A DNA stretch of 64,000 nt. Source: Octopus vulgaris. Taxonomy: Eukaryota. Shown piece by piece: positions 25,815 through 41,489 of the stretch (within the stretch, counting starts at the first letter, position 1; each line of letters starts with the position of its first letter). Made by a program: the position numbers and the translations under genes. The stretch is taken from positions 14,508,001-14,572,000 of the forward strand of contig OX597826.1 in NCBI GenBank assembly GCA_951406725.2. Reading direction: 5' to 3'. The notes under the pieces were generated by a model. That model did no database searches and was not told where the DNA came from. It saw only the letters and a list, made by a program, of their open reading frames with translations.

Positions 25815-27086
25815 ATGAGTTGTCCGGAAAGTTCGTGCCGATTTTTAAAGGAAAATAGAAAAAAAGGTCAATAAATACTTGCCATTGCATTTTTAATCAA
25901 CCAAATATGAAACATTTTGTTGTGCAGTGCGTCTCCATCATTCCTTTAACTTGAAAATACCCTCTTCCCAGAATCGAGGTGGTTTCATGGCAATGAATTC
26001 ATCAAGGTGTATTTTTACGTCATCCAACGAATTGAAATATTTAGAATTAAGACTATTCTGCAGAGACCTGAATAAGTGGAAATCCGAAGGAGCAATATCT
26101 GGTGGATATGGAGGGTGGGGTAACACATCCCAGCGGAGCTGCAGCAATGTTTGTCTGGTTACCAAAGAAACGTGCGGTCGGTCTTGCATTATCATGTTGG
26201 AAAACAACACCCTTCATGTTGGCCAATTCTGGACGTTTCTCTTGAATTGCTCCTTTTAAATCTCCAGTTGTGTGCAGTATTTCTCAGAATTAATTGCCTG
26301 GTTACTTGGGAGTAGCTCATAGTAGAGAATTCCTTTCCAATCCCACCAAACACAAAGCAAGACTTTTTTAGGGTGAAGACCCGCTTTTGGGGTGGCTAAG
26401 GGTGGCTCACGTTGCTTACTCCAGGGTCGCTTTCTCTGAACATTTCGGTAGATAATCTATTTCTCATCACCTGTCACAATTTGCGTTAAAAAAGTTGCGT
26501 CTTCATTCCGTTTATAAAGCGAATCACAGATGGAAATACGATCCAAAAGGTTCTTCTCACTCAACTAATATGGTACCCAAACATCGTAGCGATTTGTGTA
26601 CCCAAGCTTTACCAGGTGCTCATGAACGACGGATGTTGATAGGTTTAAGCTTTCTGCCAATTCTCGGGTTGTGCAATGTGGGTTATTCTCAATGAATGAC
26701 TTGATTTGCTGATCATCTGTAGTGGATGGTCTGCCTGATCGCTCTGTATCAATAAGGCTAGAATCTCCAGCTCGGAACATTACGAACCACTTCCGTACAG
26801 TTCTTTCGGATAAAGAAACATCACAGTAAACTGTGCATATTTCTTTGGTTGCTTGTGAGGCATTTTTCCCTTTACGGAAAAAGAAAAGCATCAAGTGCCG
26901 AAAATGAACTTTCTTATCTTCCAGTTTAAAGGGTTACAGAATTAATACAGGTTATAGGAACATAAACCTTCTTCCACGAAAAGATAGCTTTAACTGTGCT
27001 CTAAATGGAGGTGTAGTCAAATCCTATTTTATGGACTCAACCATGTTCTAAAATAAGTCGAAAAGTAAGCTTTCCGGACAACCCAA
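25815..27086 (-). mobile_element. mariner transposon, near full length, transposase pseudogene
   Basis: TIRs TTGGGTTGTCCGGAAAG / ATGAGTTGTCCGGAAAGTTCGTGCCGA with TA flanks. FFRKGKNASQA...ERSGRP...YDVWVPY, IVTGDEK* and HPPYPPDIAPSDFHLF motifs; start codon mutated, frameshifts. Confidence 0.95.
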
Positions 27087-27269
27087 TATTTCAGGAAACT
27101 GGTACCACCCAAAATTGATAACTATTGGCATTTGATTGGCTAGCGACTACTTGTACATGATTTCTTTTTCCCTGAGGTCTGCTCTCCGGTACTGTGGGCT
27201 TCATAAATGCCGCGGCGGAATTATGGAGGATTCTTTCAGCCTACATACACATTCAAAATCCATTATAGT

Positions 27270-27745
27270 ACTGGCTACCGCAAGATTCCCCTATGGCCCG
27301 AGCAAGTGGGCTGTAGAGACACGAGACGGTAAAACGTCAGACGGCATAACAATTTTCCCGTTCCGCGGTGGTAGGGCCTTCTGCCTGGATGCCACGTGCT
27401 GCGCCACCTTCTTTAATTGCAAACTTGCGTCTTCGGCTGCCAACCCAGGATTTGCTGCTCTCTCTCTCTCTCTCTCTCATGCAGTCTGTCTGTCTCTCTG
27501 TCAGTCTCACCCTCTCTCTCTCTCCCTCACTCAGTCTGTCTGTCTCTCTGCCAGTCTCTCTCTCTCTCTCTCTCTCTGACTGAATTGTGGTCGAGCCTGT
27601 GGCAGTGGAGACGGCGTCATTCTTAGTCAGCGAAGTCCTTGCTCACTGCTGTCAGGGCAAGTGCCGACTCCGTGAGTCGGAGCGACTGTTTCACTGCGTT
27701 TCCCTCGCCATATCCTCCGGAGTAACACCTTTTCCGTCTTGTTCA
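27270..27745 (+). pseudogene. CRE-like non-LTR retrotransposon restriction-like endonuclease fragment, split by a (CT)n tract
   Basis: RDGKTSDGITIFPFRGGRAFCLDATC (cf. DGKRPDG.T..P...G..L.WD.T), NPGFAA, EPVAVETA, RESERLFHCVSLAI. Confidence 0.75.
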
Positions 27746-28501
27746 ACAGGACCACGAAGCCGACTGACAAGTCTTATATCCCTTAAATCCAATGTCTATT
27801 AGCTCAACATTCTACCTCTGTAACTATCCACTGTATTTTGTACTCTCTCTTTCATTCTCACTCCCCATTCCCTCTCTCTCTCTCCCTCTCCCTCTCCCTC
27901 TATTTCTTTCAACACATTAAAAATGTCTTCATCTAAGATGTCAGCGAAAATACTGATATGTGCTTGAACATTGGTAACATTAAGAAAATAAAATTCAAAA
28001 TCAAAACGAAGAGCAAACGAACACACTAAAGAATATAATTAAATAAAATTCAAGAGATGGATGATGTAAAGTTGGTGTGCATGTGAGTGGGTATATCAAT
28101 ATGAATGAGTGTGTGCATACGTAAGTATTTAAAACAATATGTAAAGATATAAATGTCCGTGTATAAGAGGCATATATGTATATATATATATGTTTATATG
28201 CATACATTCTTTTTTATAGTGGACTTTTATAATTTTCTGCAATTTTATATTAACAATTTTTTTACACCAGTTTTGCATATTTAGGATTTTCATTTATATT
28301 ATTCTTCACCCACACAATCTCATATATACGTACACACACACACACATACTTTATGCACACATTTTATATATTTCTATAAACACACAACACGCACACGCAT
28401 GCACACACAGACACACACACATATGGGTATATATGTATATGTATATATATATATATAAGAAATTAAAATAGGAAAATACACACACTTACATAGTTTTAAT
28501 A

Positions 28502-28569
<68 letters not shown>

Positions 28570-29048
28570 TAACTGCGAATTTACTATAAATTTTACATTA
28601 TTTGTTCCTACGTACATCTCTGACAATTATGGTTTCTTGGAACCGTGTATTTGATGTTTCAAGTGCATTTGGATGCTTAACTAGAACTGATGATCAGTGA
28701 ACTCTTTATTGAATTAAGTTACATAAAACTAATGTAGTATCTTCCACATTTGCTTCGTACTTCATTACTAGTAATACTATTAAGGATACTAGTTTCTTAA
28801 CAACTATACTGGAAGAAGACTGGACCATGGTGATCTACGAATGAGTGATAAATACCGCATTCATTCATTCGCACCGTTTAATATTTATATAAAACGCCCC
28901 CAACACTAGATGAGCACGAAACACAAATATAGAACGAAAATCATAGAGGACATGACACCATTGGTAGTCGTTTCCACTCACAAATAAAGAATATTATCCG
29001 TAAATGCCGTGTTCAGCCCTTAGTATCATTGTTCGATATATATATATA

Positions 29049-29315
29049 CTAGCAAACGCCCCCGCCCCGTCCATTGAACGGTGAATAGGATTAACTTGGA
29101 CGGTGTTATTGAAGTTTTAATCATACACTAGACAGGCCATAAAGATTACAAAAATAACGATTCTCACTTTGAAACTGACAATTTTGAAAATCCTTTTAGA
29201 TTGCGAAATGCCTCGCTCGCTTATGTATCCATGTTTAAGATTTCAGCGCGATCGGATGAACAATACTTGAGTTATAAACGCACAAAAAACAGACAGAACG
29301 GGATTTATATATTAG
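29049..29315 (+). mobile_element. Helentron/Helitron-like non-autonomous element (DINE/Lep1 style); second partial copy at ~29690-29842
   Basis: ACTAGC...CCCGCC start and ATTTCAGCGCGATCGG...ACAGACAGAACGGGATTTATATAT end; the 3' ~150 bp is repeated ~530 bp downstream. Confidence 0.55.
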
Positions 29316-29834
29316 TTGAGCCAATGAGGGAGACCTCTACATTGTAGCTAGACGTCGTAGATATAGTAGCCAAATCTCCCTTAAGACACTCTACTATCTT
29401 ATGTATGTATGTATGTATGTATGTATATATTAACAGTTCCCTGGCTTTTTGCATTTGACGACTATTGCTTTAAGTTAGATAATCGTATTGAGCCCTCTAC
29501 GTATAGAGAGAGAGGGGGTACAGAGAGAGAGAGAGGGAGAAAGAAATAGGAAACAAAGAGAGACAGCATAGAGACGGTTTTGGTTGAGTGTCATCCTCTA
29601 CTCACCTTGTTGCCAGCGAGATGGTATGTGCTAGATATCTGAGCAACTCGTCGTTTTTAATGAACAGCGTGGTGGATGAAACAAGACAAAAAGATTGCAG
29701 AAATAGCGATTCTTACTTTCAAACTGACAATATTGAAAATCTCTCTCATGTATCCATATTATGCTTAAAATTTCAGCGTGATCGAATAAAGAATATTTCG
29801 AGTAATAAGCTCACAAACAGACAGACAGAACGGG

Positions 29835-29872
<38 letters not shown>

Positions 29873-30135
29873 TTAATCTACATTTAATCTACATTTTTGT
29901 TATTTTTCATTTGCCCTTCTCGTTTACGTTAAATGTTGTGCTGATTCTCCTTGGAAACAATTTTTGAGTGGTTGATGCCATTGCGGATCTATTTTTAGCG
30001 CAAGAGTCGACCATATAGTGGTCACTCTCTTATATTTGTAAATATATATAGTAAAGAAAAGAAATGGATCGATAATTAACAATGAGAAGTGGATAATTGG
30101 TGTTAAAAAGTCATTATTTAATTGTAGTTCGGAAT

Positions 30136-30215
30136 CATTTACAGCTGGTTCTGTTTATTAAATCGGAGTAAATTTACATTTACCTCGTTGCATTTGACAA
30201 ACATCTACAGAATGG
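30136..30215 (-). ncRNA. variant or degenerate hammerhead motif
   Basis: Minus strand CATT-CTGTAGA-TGTTT...AAACA-GAACC-AGCT-GTA-AATG. Stems I and II and the AGCT palindrome are intact; two core positions are altered. Confidence 0.55.
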
Positions 30216-31429
30216 TTTTAGAGGGAAGAGAAAGTCAAAGAAAAAGAAAAAGGGAAAGGGGAAAATGTTCGTTAATTCTTTGGCTTATATTTTAGTGGAA
30301 CTGGTGACCAAAATCAAGGAACTGTCGAGCATCTTTACGTGAAAGGTGAGCTTGGCGACTTGAATAAATTGTTATCTACCTGCCTTAATCCAGCTCATAT
30401 TCATTGATTTTTTTAAAATACTTTTATTTTTGGACGGGTTATCATAGTTTTTCCTTTTGTGCAAATTTAGCTTGAAACTGTAAGTCAGATTATTAGGGGG
30501 ATTCGAATAATTTCTAATACAATACGATGTACATTACAAATTGTACAGACCTCTGAAACTTACCAGAAGTATTGAATGACAGCAAATATAGTTTGTTTAA
30601 AAGCAAGCGATATTAAGTTTTATGACAAACGCAGTTCTACTTTTAGGATATACGTATATTGCGCGATGTAAAAAATGATGATGGCGAAAATACAGAAATA
30701 TATTAGAAGATTATGAAAGTAATATGCACAAGCCTTAACAGATATGAAATGCTGTGAGATTATCGTTGAGATATGTACATATCTAGAATTAGTGCCGTCA
30801 TAAAGTCAAATAGGGTAATGTTACAGGTGATGATGTTTTAAAAGCTACACAAATTTTATGAGGACGCAACAAATACACGGGAAGTCCTCACAAATATTTT
30901 ATAATCACGGCACATAAATGAGGAAATTACTATAGAGCAATTTCCAATAAATATGAAGGAAGTTACTAATAAAAATATACGGAGAAAACAAGAATCTTTT
31001 AAGGGCAATAGAACGTATTATCTACTCGGTAGTGCATCAAAATGCTGCGAGCTTATCATAAATATGTTTTTAGTAGTGATTGTAATGTTAAGAAGCGAAA
31101 AAGGCACCAGTGTTTAAAATGGATCTAGATTTTTTTTTAAAATACCCTGGTGCAGTTAAAAGAATATCATATAATACAGCATATGTGTACGGAGCGAGCA
31201 AAAAACAAATATCACAGTTTCAGATCTCAGAAGAGAAAGATAAAGGCTACTGATCTCTTTCTTACAGGTAACTTTAATTATATATTGTGACTTGAAATAT
31301 ATTTTACTACAGAATAACTTTAATTGATAGGCCTTTGTATCGTTCACATAGAAGCACACACACGTACAAACACACGCACGTACACACATACACATGTTCA
31401 TGCATATGTGTATGCATATATATATATGT

Positions 31430-31474
<45 letters not shown>

Positions 31475-31904
31475 GATAGTTAGATGTTGATTGATGAATG
31501 CGCATGTATTCTTCAGTATAAGTATATGTGTGTATGTTTTATATAATGAAATATCTACACATAATATAATACATACATACATATGTGCACATATAAACAC
31601 ATGTGTAAGCATGAAATATATTCATCACATAAAAGTCGGTGCCTTCCATTGATCACGAGTCTCGTGATAAGCCGAAGGCGAAGTTTAAGTTTAGTCATGT
31701 TTTTTTTTATATAAAAAGTTTCTGTCCAGTACACACAACGTAAAGCGTTTTGCGTTGCACAATGTCAACATAATACACACATACACGCACACATGCTTAC
31801 AAACATGAACAAAGATATGCACACACCTTCATGCATATATGGAAATAAGGGTATATATAAGTTTGTATGTGTGCCTGTGTATGTTCATGTGTGTGTGCGG
31901 TTTG

Positions 31905-31939
<35 letters not shown>

Positions 31940-32322
31940 CACGCACAAAAGGTTGACGAACAGTGTTGGTTTATTTCAGTCCACATGACTGAGCATTGAA
32001 GCAAAATGGAACGATAGAAGAAATATCGGCGTTAATAACAAGTAGTGGGGTTCATTTTTTCGACCAAACACTTAAAAGAGTTTTCCCTGCACAGTCACGG
32101 GAGAATGATTAAGACAAGTACATATGTTTATATATATATATATATATATATACATATATACATACATACATACATACATATGTACGTATATATGTATGTG
32201 TATGTAAGTAGGTATGTATATATATATATGTATACATATATGTGTGTATATATATATATTCGTATATATATATACATATATATATGTGTGTGTGTGTATG
32301 TGTGTGTATGTGTGTATCTATA

Positions 32323-32700
32323 CAGGGTGCCTTGGGTAAATTGTCACTGAGTTAAGAGGGTGGCTGTTGGAAGACATTATGTCTGGCAACAGGAATGAGG
32401 ACCATGCCACACATGCAGGAGAATCCAGTCATGGCTGTCAGACAATTTCTGCGACCACATCAGCTCTGACATCTGGCCACTTAACTCCCCATACTACAAC
32501 TAGAAGAGTTGCAGGAGATCCCGAAATTGACTGAAGACTGTTATTGAAGCCAATGGCGATTTTATTGAATAAATTTACTCTTTAGTATATGAAGGTATTT
32601 CTATGTAATCTTGGTAAATATTGATATATCTGTTAAAATGAGATATCAGTGTCCTTTTCAATTTTGAGTAATTTAGACGATAATTTAGTCATCGCTCCCT
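32323..32700 (+). mobile_element. internally deleted Tc1/mariner (DD37D/maT-like) element
   Basis: TA-CAGGGTG...AAATTGTC start and GATAATTT...CCCT-A end; YVWQQ...SWLSDNFCDHISSDIWPLNSP and TVIEANGDFIE* remnants. Confidence 0.7.
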
Positions 32701-32710
32701 ATATATATAT

Positions 32711-33050
32711 AGGCGCATGGCTCAGTGGTTAGAGCGTCGAGCTTACGATCGTGAAGTTGTGAGCTCGAATCCCGGACCGGGCTGCGTGTTGTGTTCTTGA
32801 GCAAGGCACTTTATTTCACGTTGCTCCAATTCACTCAGCTGTAGAAATGAGTTGCGACGTCACTGGTGCCAAGCTGTATCGACCTTTGTCTTTCCCTTGG
32901 ATAACACTGGTGATGTGGAGAGAGGAGGCTGGTATGCATGGGCTACTGCTGGTCTTCCATAAACAACCTTGCCCAGACTTGTGTCTAGGAGGGTAACTTT
33001 CTAGGTGCAATCCCATGGTCATTCATGACCGAAGGGGGTCTTTACCCCTT
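32711..33050 (+). mobile_element. tRNA-derived SINE, family D
   Basis: GGCGCATGGCTCAGTGGTTAGAGCG (A-box)...GCTCGAATCCC (B-box)...GTGTTCTTGAGCAAGGCACTT core; TA-flanked. Confidence 0.85.
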
Positions 33051-33301
33051 TATATATATATATATAAAGTATAAGATCGTTAATTTAAAATAAAATAGCG
33101 AACTTATCAAGTGGCCAGCATAGACAAAAATAACCTTCTAAGGTAATAATTATTAAAATTATAAATTAAGGTATTTACGAGATACCACCATGCTGAAAAT
33201 AGTAGTCATGAACCGACTCTAAAACCACCTTAAGTTTCCATATAGCAACATGGAGAAAAGACAAAGAGACAAGATGAAACTAATAAACAATTACTGGATA
33301 G

Positions 33302-33358
33302 TTCTAGATCCCGGATTTCTGAATTTGCTTTTAGACATGCTTTGCCTCGTCAGTAGAA
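33302..33358 (-). ncRNA. degenerate hammerhead motif
   Basis: Minus strand TTCTA-CTGACGA-...-GAAAT-CCGGG-ATC-TAGAA. Stem I is perfect; stem II no longer pairs. Confidence 0.4.
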
Positions 33359-33367
33359 TACACTCAG

Positions 33368-34380
33368 AAAGGCAAGAATGCAATGGAAAGTGCGAAGAGT
33401 ATTAATACAGTATATGGGGATCGGACAATATGCGTAAGCCAGTGTGAACAGTGGTTCCAGAAGTTTCATAACGCACAACCGTGCCATATTGTTGTTCAAC
33501 TGTTGCTAAATTATTTATTCTTTATTTTCAAATATAATATTAATTCTTTATTCCATATTCTACATTTCTGATAATGTGTGGCGACAAATTTGCGAATAGT
33601 GTCATTTTACGTTACCTGTGGAGAAAAAGAGAGAGTGCAAGGACAGCGCAAAAGAAAATAATGATTCAGAATACCCAGGAACTGTCAACAATCATGTGGC
33701 ACAAAAATGGTTTAGGCATTCCAAGGAAGACGACACCAACCTCGAAGACAAACCAATGTCAAGGAGACCTTTTTGTTGAAGATGAGGCCTTGTTCGATAT
33801 GCACAAGCACTCCGTCATCGTCGGCAGAATTTTGTCCTTCACAAAGCACCATCACTCAACTCTCACATAAACTCATCCTTTTGAACAGTTGCTATCGAGA
33901 AACCCCTCATGAACTGACTAAGGATCAAGCTCAGTGACGTGTGGTCGTTTGCAAACAAGTACTGGGAAATCTTCGACATGACCACCTTTGACATCGAATT
34001 GTAACTGGGAATGTCAACGGTGTATTTGAATAATCCCAATATGAGAAGTTAGTGGCTTCTCCTAGCCAGACTTCAGAACCTGTTGTTACACAAGACAGTT
34101 TGAACGGAAGATAGTGTGTGATTAGTGGAATTTCAAGAACGCTAACATTTAAACACCAAAATCGCAGCGTGTATATGATGACTTGAGAGTCTGCTACCCA
34201 ACATTTGCTATTCCGTTAAGCGCACTCATAAAGAATGACAAAGCTACTGACTCGCTGCCAATGTGATCAAGCGCGAACTTAAAGAACTTCAGGTAGTGAA
34301 AGTGCTGCTTCATCTTTCCTACAGAGGAGATCTCGCACCATCAGATTACCACCTTTTCCGACCTATGGCACATTTCAAAT
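33368..34380 (+). pseudogene. decayed mariner transposase fragments (two N-termini, one C-terminus)
   Basis: KGKNAMESAKSINTVYGD...QWFQKF; AQKWFRH...LEDKP; RIVTG; DLAPSDYHLF. Confidence 0.75.
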
Positions 34381-35302
34381 TTAACATTATAAAATGAGGG
34401 TATTTGTTGTCAGGGATTTCTCAGCTTATTTGTACATAGCGCTTGCAGGAATTTTTGAGATACGGTGTTTGGTTCTCCATAGGAATTTGCTGGACGGTAT
34501 TTTTCCGTTTTCTAAGAGTATCTACCCGATTTTCTAAGCTGCCTTAATAACCATCCTGCGCTCGAGAATTCCTTTATTTTTTGTACAATATTAGTATACG
34601 AAATGTTCTCATTTTTCAGAAGATATTGTTTAGAGTTATAAAAGGACGGTATGTGATCTCAGTGATTGCTTAACTTACTGTTTGAGAGTGCTCAGCTGCA
34701 ATTTTAGAAGTACAGGTTTCGATTCTATGTACAGGCTTCTTGGCAATTTTTTCCATTGTCTTCTTAGGATATTTACCCCATTTTTTTAAAGTTCTCATAG
34801 TTCAGTTCATTTTCAGGTCTGCCGGAATTTGCTCGTCATCCTCTACGGATTTGTGGGTGCAGTTCCTTATGTCGGGAGAAGAGAAATAAGTGGAGAAAAG
34901 GATAGGTGCGTGTGTGTACACCGGCACGCGTGTATGTGGGCGTTCAGGTGTGTGGTTTATTGTGCAAGTGTGTGGACTACTGTGCGAGTGTGTGCTTGTT
35001 TGTGCGGTTGAATTGATTCTGTAATTGTATATGTTCGTATGTGTGTGTGAATATGTGAGTGTTCGCTCATGTGTGTGCATGCGATTAAGATGGTTGTTTG
35101 AATAGATAAGCGTTTGCGTGTATCTCTGCGTCTGCGCTTTCTTGTGTGAGTGTATGTGTATGGTTGTGGATTTGAATTATCCCTAATGACATGTATTTAT
35201 TTGAACAGATTTCATAGCATCCTACTGTCGTTCTGACCGCAACCTTTATATCTTTCTATACCTGCAGACACAATCCTTCCTCACACGCACACTGACGTAC
35301 AA

Positions 35303-35344
<42 letters not shown>

Positions 35345-35423
35345 GGAAAATATGAGAAGGTAGAAAATGCTAAAGTAATTTTATCATGAAGAATATTTTA
35401 GTACCGGTGGACATATATAAATA

Positions 35424-35481
<58 letters not shown>

Positions 35482-35490
35482 AATATAAAT

Positions 35491-35522
<32 letters not shown>

Positions 35523-35529
35523 ATTATAT

Positions 35530-35782
<253 letters not shown>

Positions 35783-35799
35783 GAGTAGCTGCATGGTAA

Positions 35800-35868
<69 letters not shown>

Positions 35869-36066
35869 AGAGAGACAGAGAAAGGCAGAAACAAGGAAAA
35901 TGCCACTTATATTTGAACACTATACAAATATTCTTTTAAAAAAACTTTTCTTTTAATTTTTCTAAATTTAATTATTTAATCGTTACAGTTGAAAAAGTCT
36001 CAAATGACTGAAACCCATTCTGAAATGTTCTTTATAAAATGATTTTAGCATTTTCTACCTTGACTT

Positions 36067-36460
<394 letters not shown>

Positions 36461-36493
36461 TATATATACGTACGTATATATAATCTCTCCCTA

Positions 36494-36494
<1 letters not shown>

Positions 36495-36582
<88 letters not shown>

Positions 36583-36599
36583 CTCTGCCTGCCTGTCTG

Positions 36600-36680
<81 letters not shown>

Positions 36681-36700
36681 AGAGAAGGAGAGAGAGAGAG
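36495..36700. repeat. (TCTA)n-(TA)n-(GA)n compound microsatellite
   Basis: Direct reading. Confidence 0.95.
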
Positions 36701-37292
36701 AGATAAATATACAGACAGAAAGACAGGCAGACAGACAGATAACCGTAATAGGTACATGTCATGAAGGGATGCAGCCATCGATTTCGATTAATTATACGCT
36801 TAATGTTATCTGTCCCGTTGGAGATGTTCAGAGAGGGATATAATTTGTCAATATCACAGACTATGAGTGGACCATAGATAGGCCCATTGGGAAACTATGC
36901 AGGTAAGCACGTTATTCGTCATCAAAGGCGATGTACAAAGAATAAATACCGATAACTAACTACAGCTGGATATCTAGTGCGGTGTACGGATTCGATGTAT
37001 GGTGGGCTTATCAGTTATACATATTTGCACACGCCCGACCACAGACATACGCCCACAGAGACTACAATACATGTATATAATTGTGAATGCATATATAAGG
37101 ATAGATAAACTTTCTCTCTCTCTTTCTCTCTCCTTCTCTCGGTCACCCCCTCTCTCTCACACACACACAAACATACATATGAATTGATATCTGCACGTAA
37201 GTATGCGTATATCAATATATAGAAATATATATATAATATATATATATAAATGCATATATATAGGTATATATATACACACACATATAGTTATG

Positions 37293-37327
<35 letters not shown>

Positions 37328-37337
37328 GCATGTATAT

Positions 37338-37381
<44 letters not shown>

Positions 37382-37760
37382 ATATATACATATATATATA
37401 TATATATAAACACATATATATATATATGAATACACACGTGCATGTATGTACGTTTGTGCACAAGGTATATGTATATATATATGTGTGTGTGTGTGTGTGC
37501 GTGTGTGCATGAGTGTGCGTGATGTGCGTGTGTGTGTGTGCGTACGTGTGTTTCGGCAGCAATAAATAACAGCTTCTGCCAGAGTCTATGGAAACCGATG
37601 TTTTGCACATGAAGATCCGGTCAGCTGCTTCTAATCAACACTCAGCAAAGTGAGTAGTGAAGTGTGTGGTAAACATTTACATATTCCGGTCTTGGGGACT
37701 GCAACACTTCATGTAAAATATGTCATTCCTCGAGAACGGTGTCGCTACTATTTACATTGT

Positions 37761-37870
37761 ACAACAACAACAACAACAACAACACCAGCACCAACAACTA
37801 CTACTAATACTACTACTACTACTACTCCTAATAATAATAATAATACTACTACTACCACTACTACTACTAC

Positions 37871-37904
<34 letters not shown>

Positions 37905-38000
37905 GCTGCTGTACTACTACTACTACAATTACTACTACTACTACTACTACTACTAAAACTACTACTACTACTACTACTAATACTATTACTACTACTACTA
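37761..38000. repeat. (CAA)n/(CTA)n/(TAA)n compound microsatellite
   Basis: Direct reading. Confidence 0.95.
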
Positions 38001-38453
38001 GACATGTAATAAAGGTAATGTAAAGGCGACGTGGGACTGATTTACGTATATTAGATGTAAAGGCTTGGGAAATATTTCAAATAGCATCAATAAAATGATG
38101 ATAGGGATGCGTTACGCATGCCCACACATACCCCCCCCCCACATATATATATATATATATCGATACGATAGGTATGTGTGAATACTTTCATGGTATATAC
38201 ACATCACATAAATATACGTACAAATATACGTATATGTATCTATATACGTATAATAAATACGTATGTATATATATATATATACGCGTGCGCGTGTGTGTGT
38301 GTGTTATACGGACATACACATACATGCAAACATATGTGTATGTGTTAAGATAGATATATTGATATTTAATTACATCATTATCTATACGTGCAGGCATCTA
38401 CCTTCACACACGAATACATACATATATGTATATACACACACATATATATATGA

Positions 38454-38488
<35 letters not shown>

Positions 38489-38628
38489 CACATATATATA
38501 TATATAGAGTATATATATACATATATACATATATATATACATTTATATATATATACATATATATACATTTATATATATATACATATATATATACATTTAT
38601 ATATATATACATATATAAATATATATAC

Positions 38629-38659
<31 letters not shown>

Positions 38660-39276
38660 TTCATGAATATATATATATATATATGTATACATACATACAT
38701 ATGTGTGTGTGTATTTGTATGCTTGCATGTATTAATACCTGTATATATCTATACGTTGGTAGGTCTATTAGGACAAAGCGTGAGAGACACTTATAATCAG
38801 ACAACAGAGAGATTGTGAGGGGTTAGAGGTGAGTGATCAAACAGAACGTACTAAATAAAAGACAGATGAACATAGCTTGATGTGTCATTGTTCCTCTCAT
38901 CTCTCTCCATCAATGAAAACCTGATTACACCTAGCAACTAATACATATTTCTCATACTGTAACTGGACATCATACTGTATACCTCTTTGTTGGTATGCGC
39001 ATGTGCGTACAAATTTATAGGGATGTACGTATGTATGCATGTATATATGTATGTTTGATTGTAAGTGAATTGTTGTGTATTTGCTTTGTGACAATGTGTG
39101 AATACAAACACACACACACACACACACACATACACATACATACATTCGTGCACATACATTTTTTTACTAGTGTATGAGTAGATACTGAATTTCATTTATA
39201 TGCCTCTCTTACTTTCCAATGTGTGAATGTGTGCATCTTTGTGTGTGTGTGTGTGGTTTGAGCGCGTTAAAAACCT

Positions 39277-39508
<232 letters not shown>

Positions 39509-40499
39509 GTAGATAATAATATTTTAATATTATTATGTAATATTTTAATGGAATATGAACGGCAAAGTTAGCATTGAAAGAATAGCTATATGAGATTCTA
39601 AAACATATATTAATGTCTATGGATTTGTCAAACACAGAATAGTCTATTATTCATAATTAAACAGTTTTTAAGGCCACACCCATCAATTTCACGTTTCCTT
39701 TCTAATATCATACCTTAAAATCCTAGTAAAGACTTTGTAAATCTGGGTAGATGAGCCTTAACGTATTCGGGCATACTGAAACAGCCTCAAAATCTCTCAG
39801 GCAATGAGTTGAAAATTTTGATCGTATGACAAAATGGTGCGCGCTACTTATTTTGGCTCTACTACGCGCTCTGAATTCCAGTGCCGCTAATGCCAACTTC
39901 ACATTTCATTCTTTCTGGGTCACAGAAATTAAGTACCAATTGTACGTGGTGGATTATCAGGATGGTTAGAACGACGGATGTGATGCTTCACCGTATTATT
40001 TTTGTTTCAGCTTCTTCAACACTACCAGTCGGTTCTTGGGTGGAGTTAGCAGAGCGGGTAATATTGTAAAGATCAGTCTTAATCTCATATTTTGAGGATA
40101 CTCTCCTTTCACAATCCAAGAAGCCGTGGAGATTTTCCCTAACTAAATGGCAACAGTAACGTGAGCACTGTGATTGGGCAAAGGGCAAGAAGCTCAAGCT
40201 GGAGCATCTTTGAACATGTCTACTAAAATACATTTGATGAGAAGTAAATTAACCTAATTCTAAAGATAAATCAGATGGTAGATGGTCAAATGAAGCTTCA
40301 TAGTGAAATGAGACTATATGTTACTGTGGAAGAAGTTAATGCAATCTTACAATACTTAAATTTTCAGATTGAATATACTTAAGATTCAACCGTACCATAG
40401 GCCTAATGATCACATATCCAGTACTTTACATAATTTCATTCCTAATTAAGTCAATGTATTCACCTTCTCTGCAAATGAATCTATGCTCATGTATGTGGT

Positions 40500-41470
40500 A
40501 GGTACACTCCAGAGTTTTGAGAATGTTTAGGAAAGGCAGTTATAACTGGCGTAGATTATTAGAATTTTAGAATATCATTACTCTATATCCGCTTATGGAT
40601 TAACTTGTGTGAGTCGAAGATTTTTTTTTTTTTTGCACAAGAGGTTCAAGAACGAACGGTAGAGAAGAGGTGAAAGACAATGAGATGTACATCAGAATAT
40701 CACAGCTAAGAAAATTTGGAATATCCTGGATGAAGACCGTTGTGTGTCTATAAAGACAATAAACATACAGTTTAGACATGGTGTGTGTTTTCTATATAGA
40801 ATTATTCATGAAGATCTGAACATGTGCAATGCTCGTTCCCATGATGCTCAGTGACGAACAGAAATGCATTGGAGACAGTAGGGGGACAGTTGATTTGAGC
40901 TTATTATCTCAAACCCAAGAGCAATTGAGTCTCTGTTGACCTGTGACGAAAGCTATATCTACTGTTATGATCCAGAGGCTAATATACGGTGTGCTCGATG
41001 CAAGCATCAGGGCTTCGTCAGACATAAAATGGTCAGGCAAAGCAAGTCCACTGGGAGGCTCATGCTGATCCTATTTTCAGACAGCAAAATATCAACTAAA
41101 TCCATTGGTTTCTCTCTGGCCAGATGGTTAACAAAGAGTACTTTGTGAATTTTTTTGTGGGCAGTCAGGAAGAAATATCGGCTCAAAAGGCCAGAACTCT
41201 TCCACTCGGGTTGGTAGCTCCTACACGGGACAATAAAACAATCCACAATTCCATCTTGGTAACCAACTACTTTTCAGAGATAAGTCCAAACCTTAAGCCT
41301 TGTGAGATTATTTGTTCCCAAAGCTGAAGAGTCTGAGAAGCAGTCATGAAGACTTTGAGAAGATATAGGAGTTTGTGACAAGGTTCCCGGACACCCTGTA
41401 GGACTTCCATGACGCCTTTACAACGTGACTGGTGCGCTACAAGTTCATTGAAGTCAGAGGTTCTTACTTT
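40500..41470 (+). pseudogene. decayed mariner transposase
   Basis: ILDEDRCVSIKTI, LLTCDESYIYCYDPE, RQSKSTGRLMLILFSDSK and RDN...HNSILVTNY remnants. Confidence 0.75.
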
Positions 41471-41489
41471 GAAGAAGATTAAAGATTAT

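Noticed and set aside
28680-28745. CTGATGA as another hammerhead
   Set aside because: No GAAA at the end of a convincing stem II, and stem I does not pair.
32711-32790. Functional tRNA gene
   Set aside because: tRNA-like head continues into a SINE body with no proper acceptor stem or terminator; the same holds for the other heads.
38263-38818. Long ORFs rich in YI/CV/HT dipeptides (here and throughout)
   Set aside because: Translations of (TA)n, (TG)n and (CA)n microsatellites, which lack stop codons; not genes.
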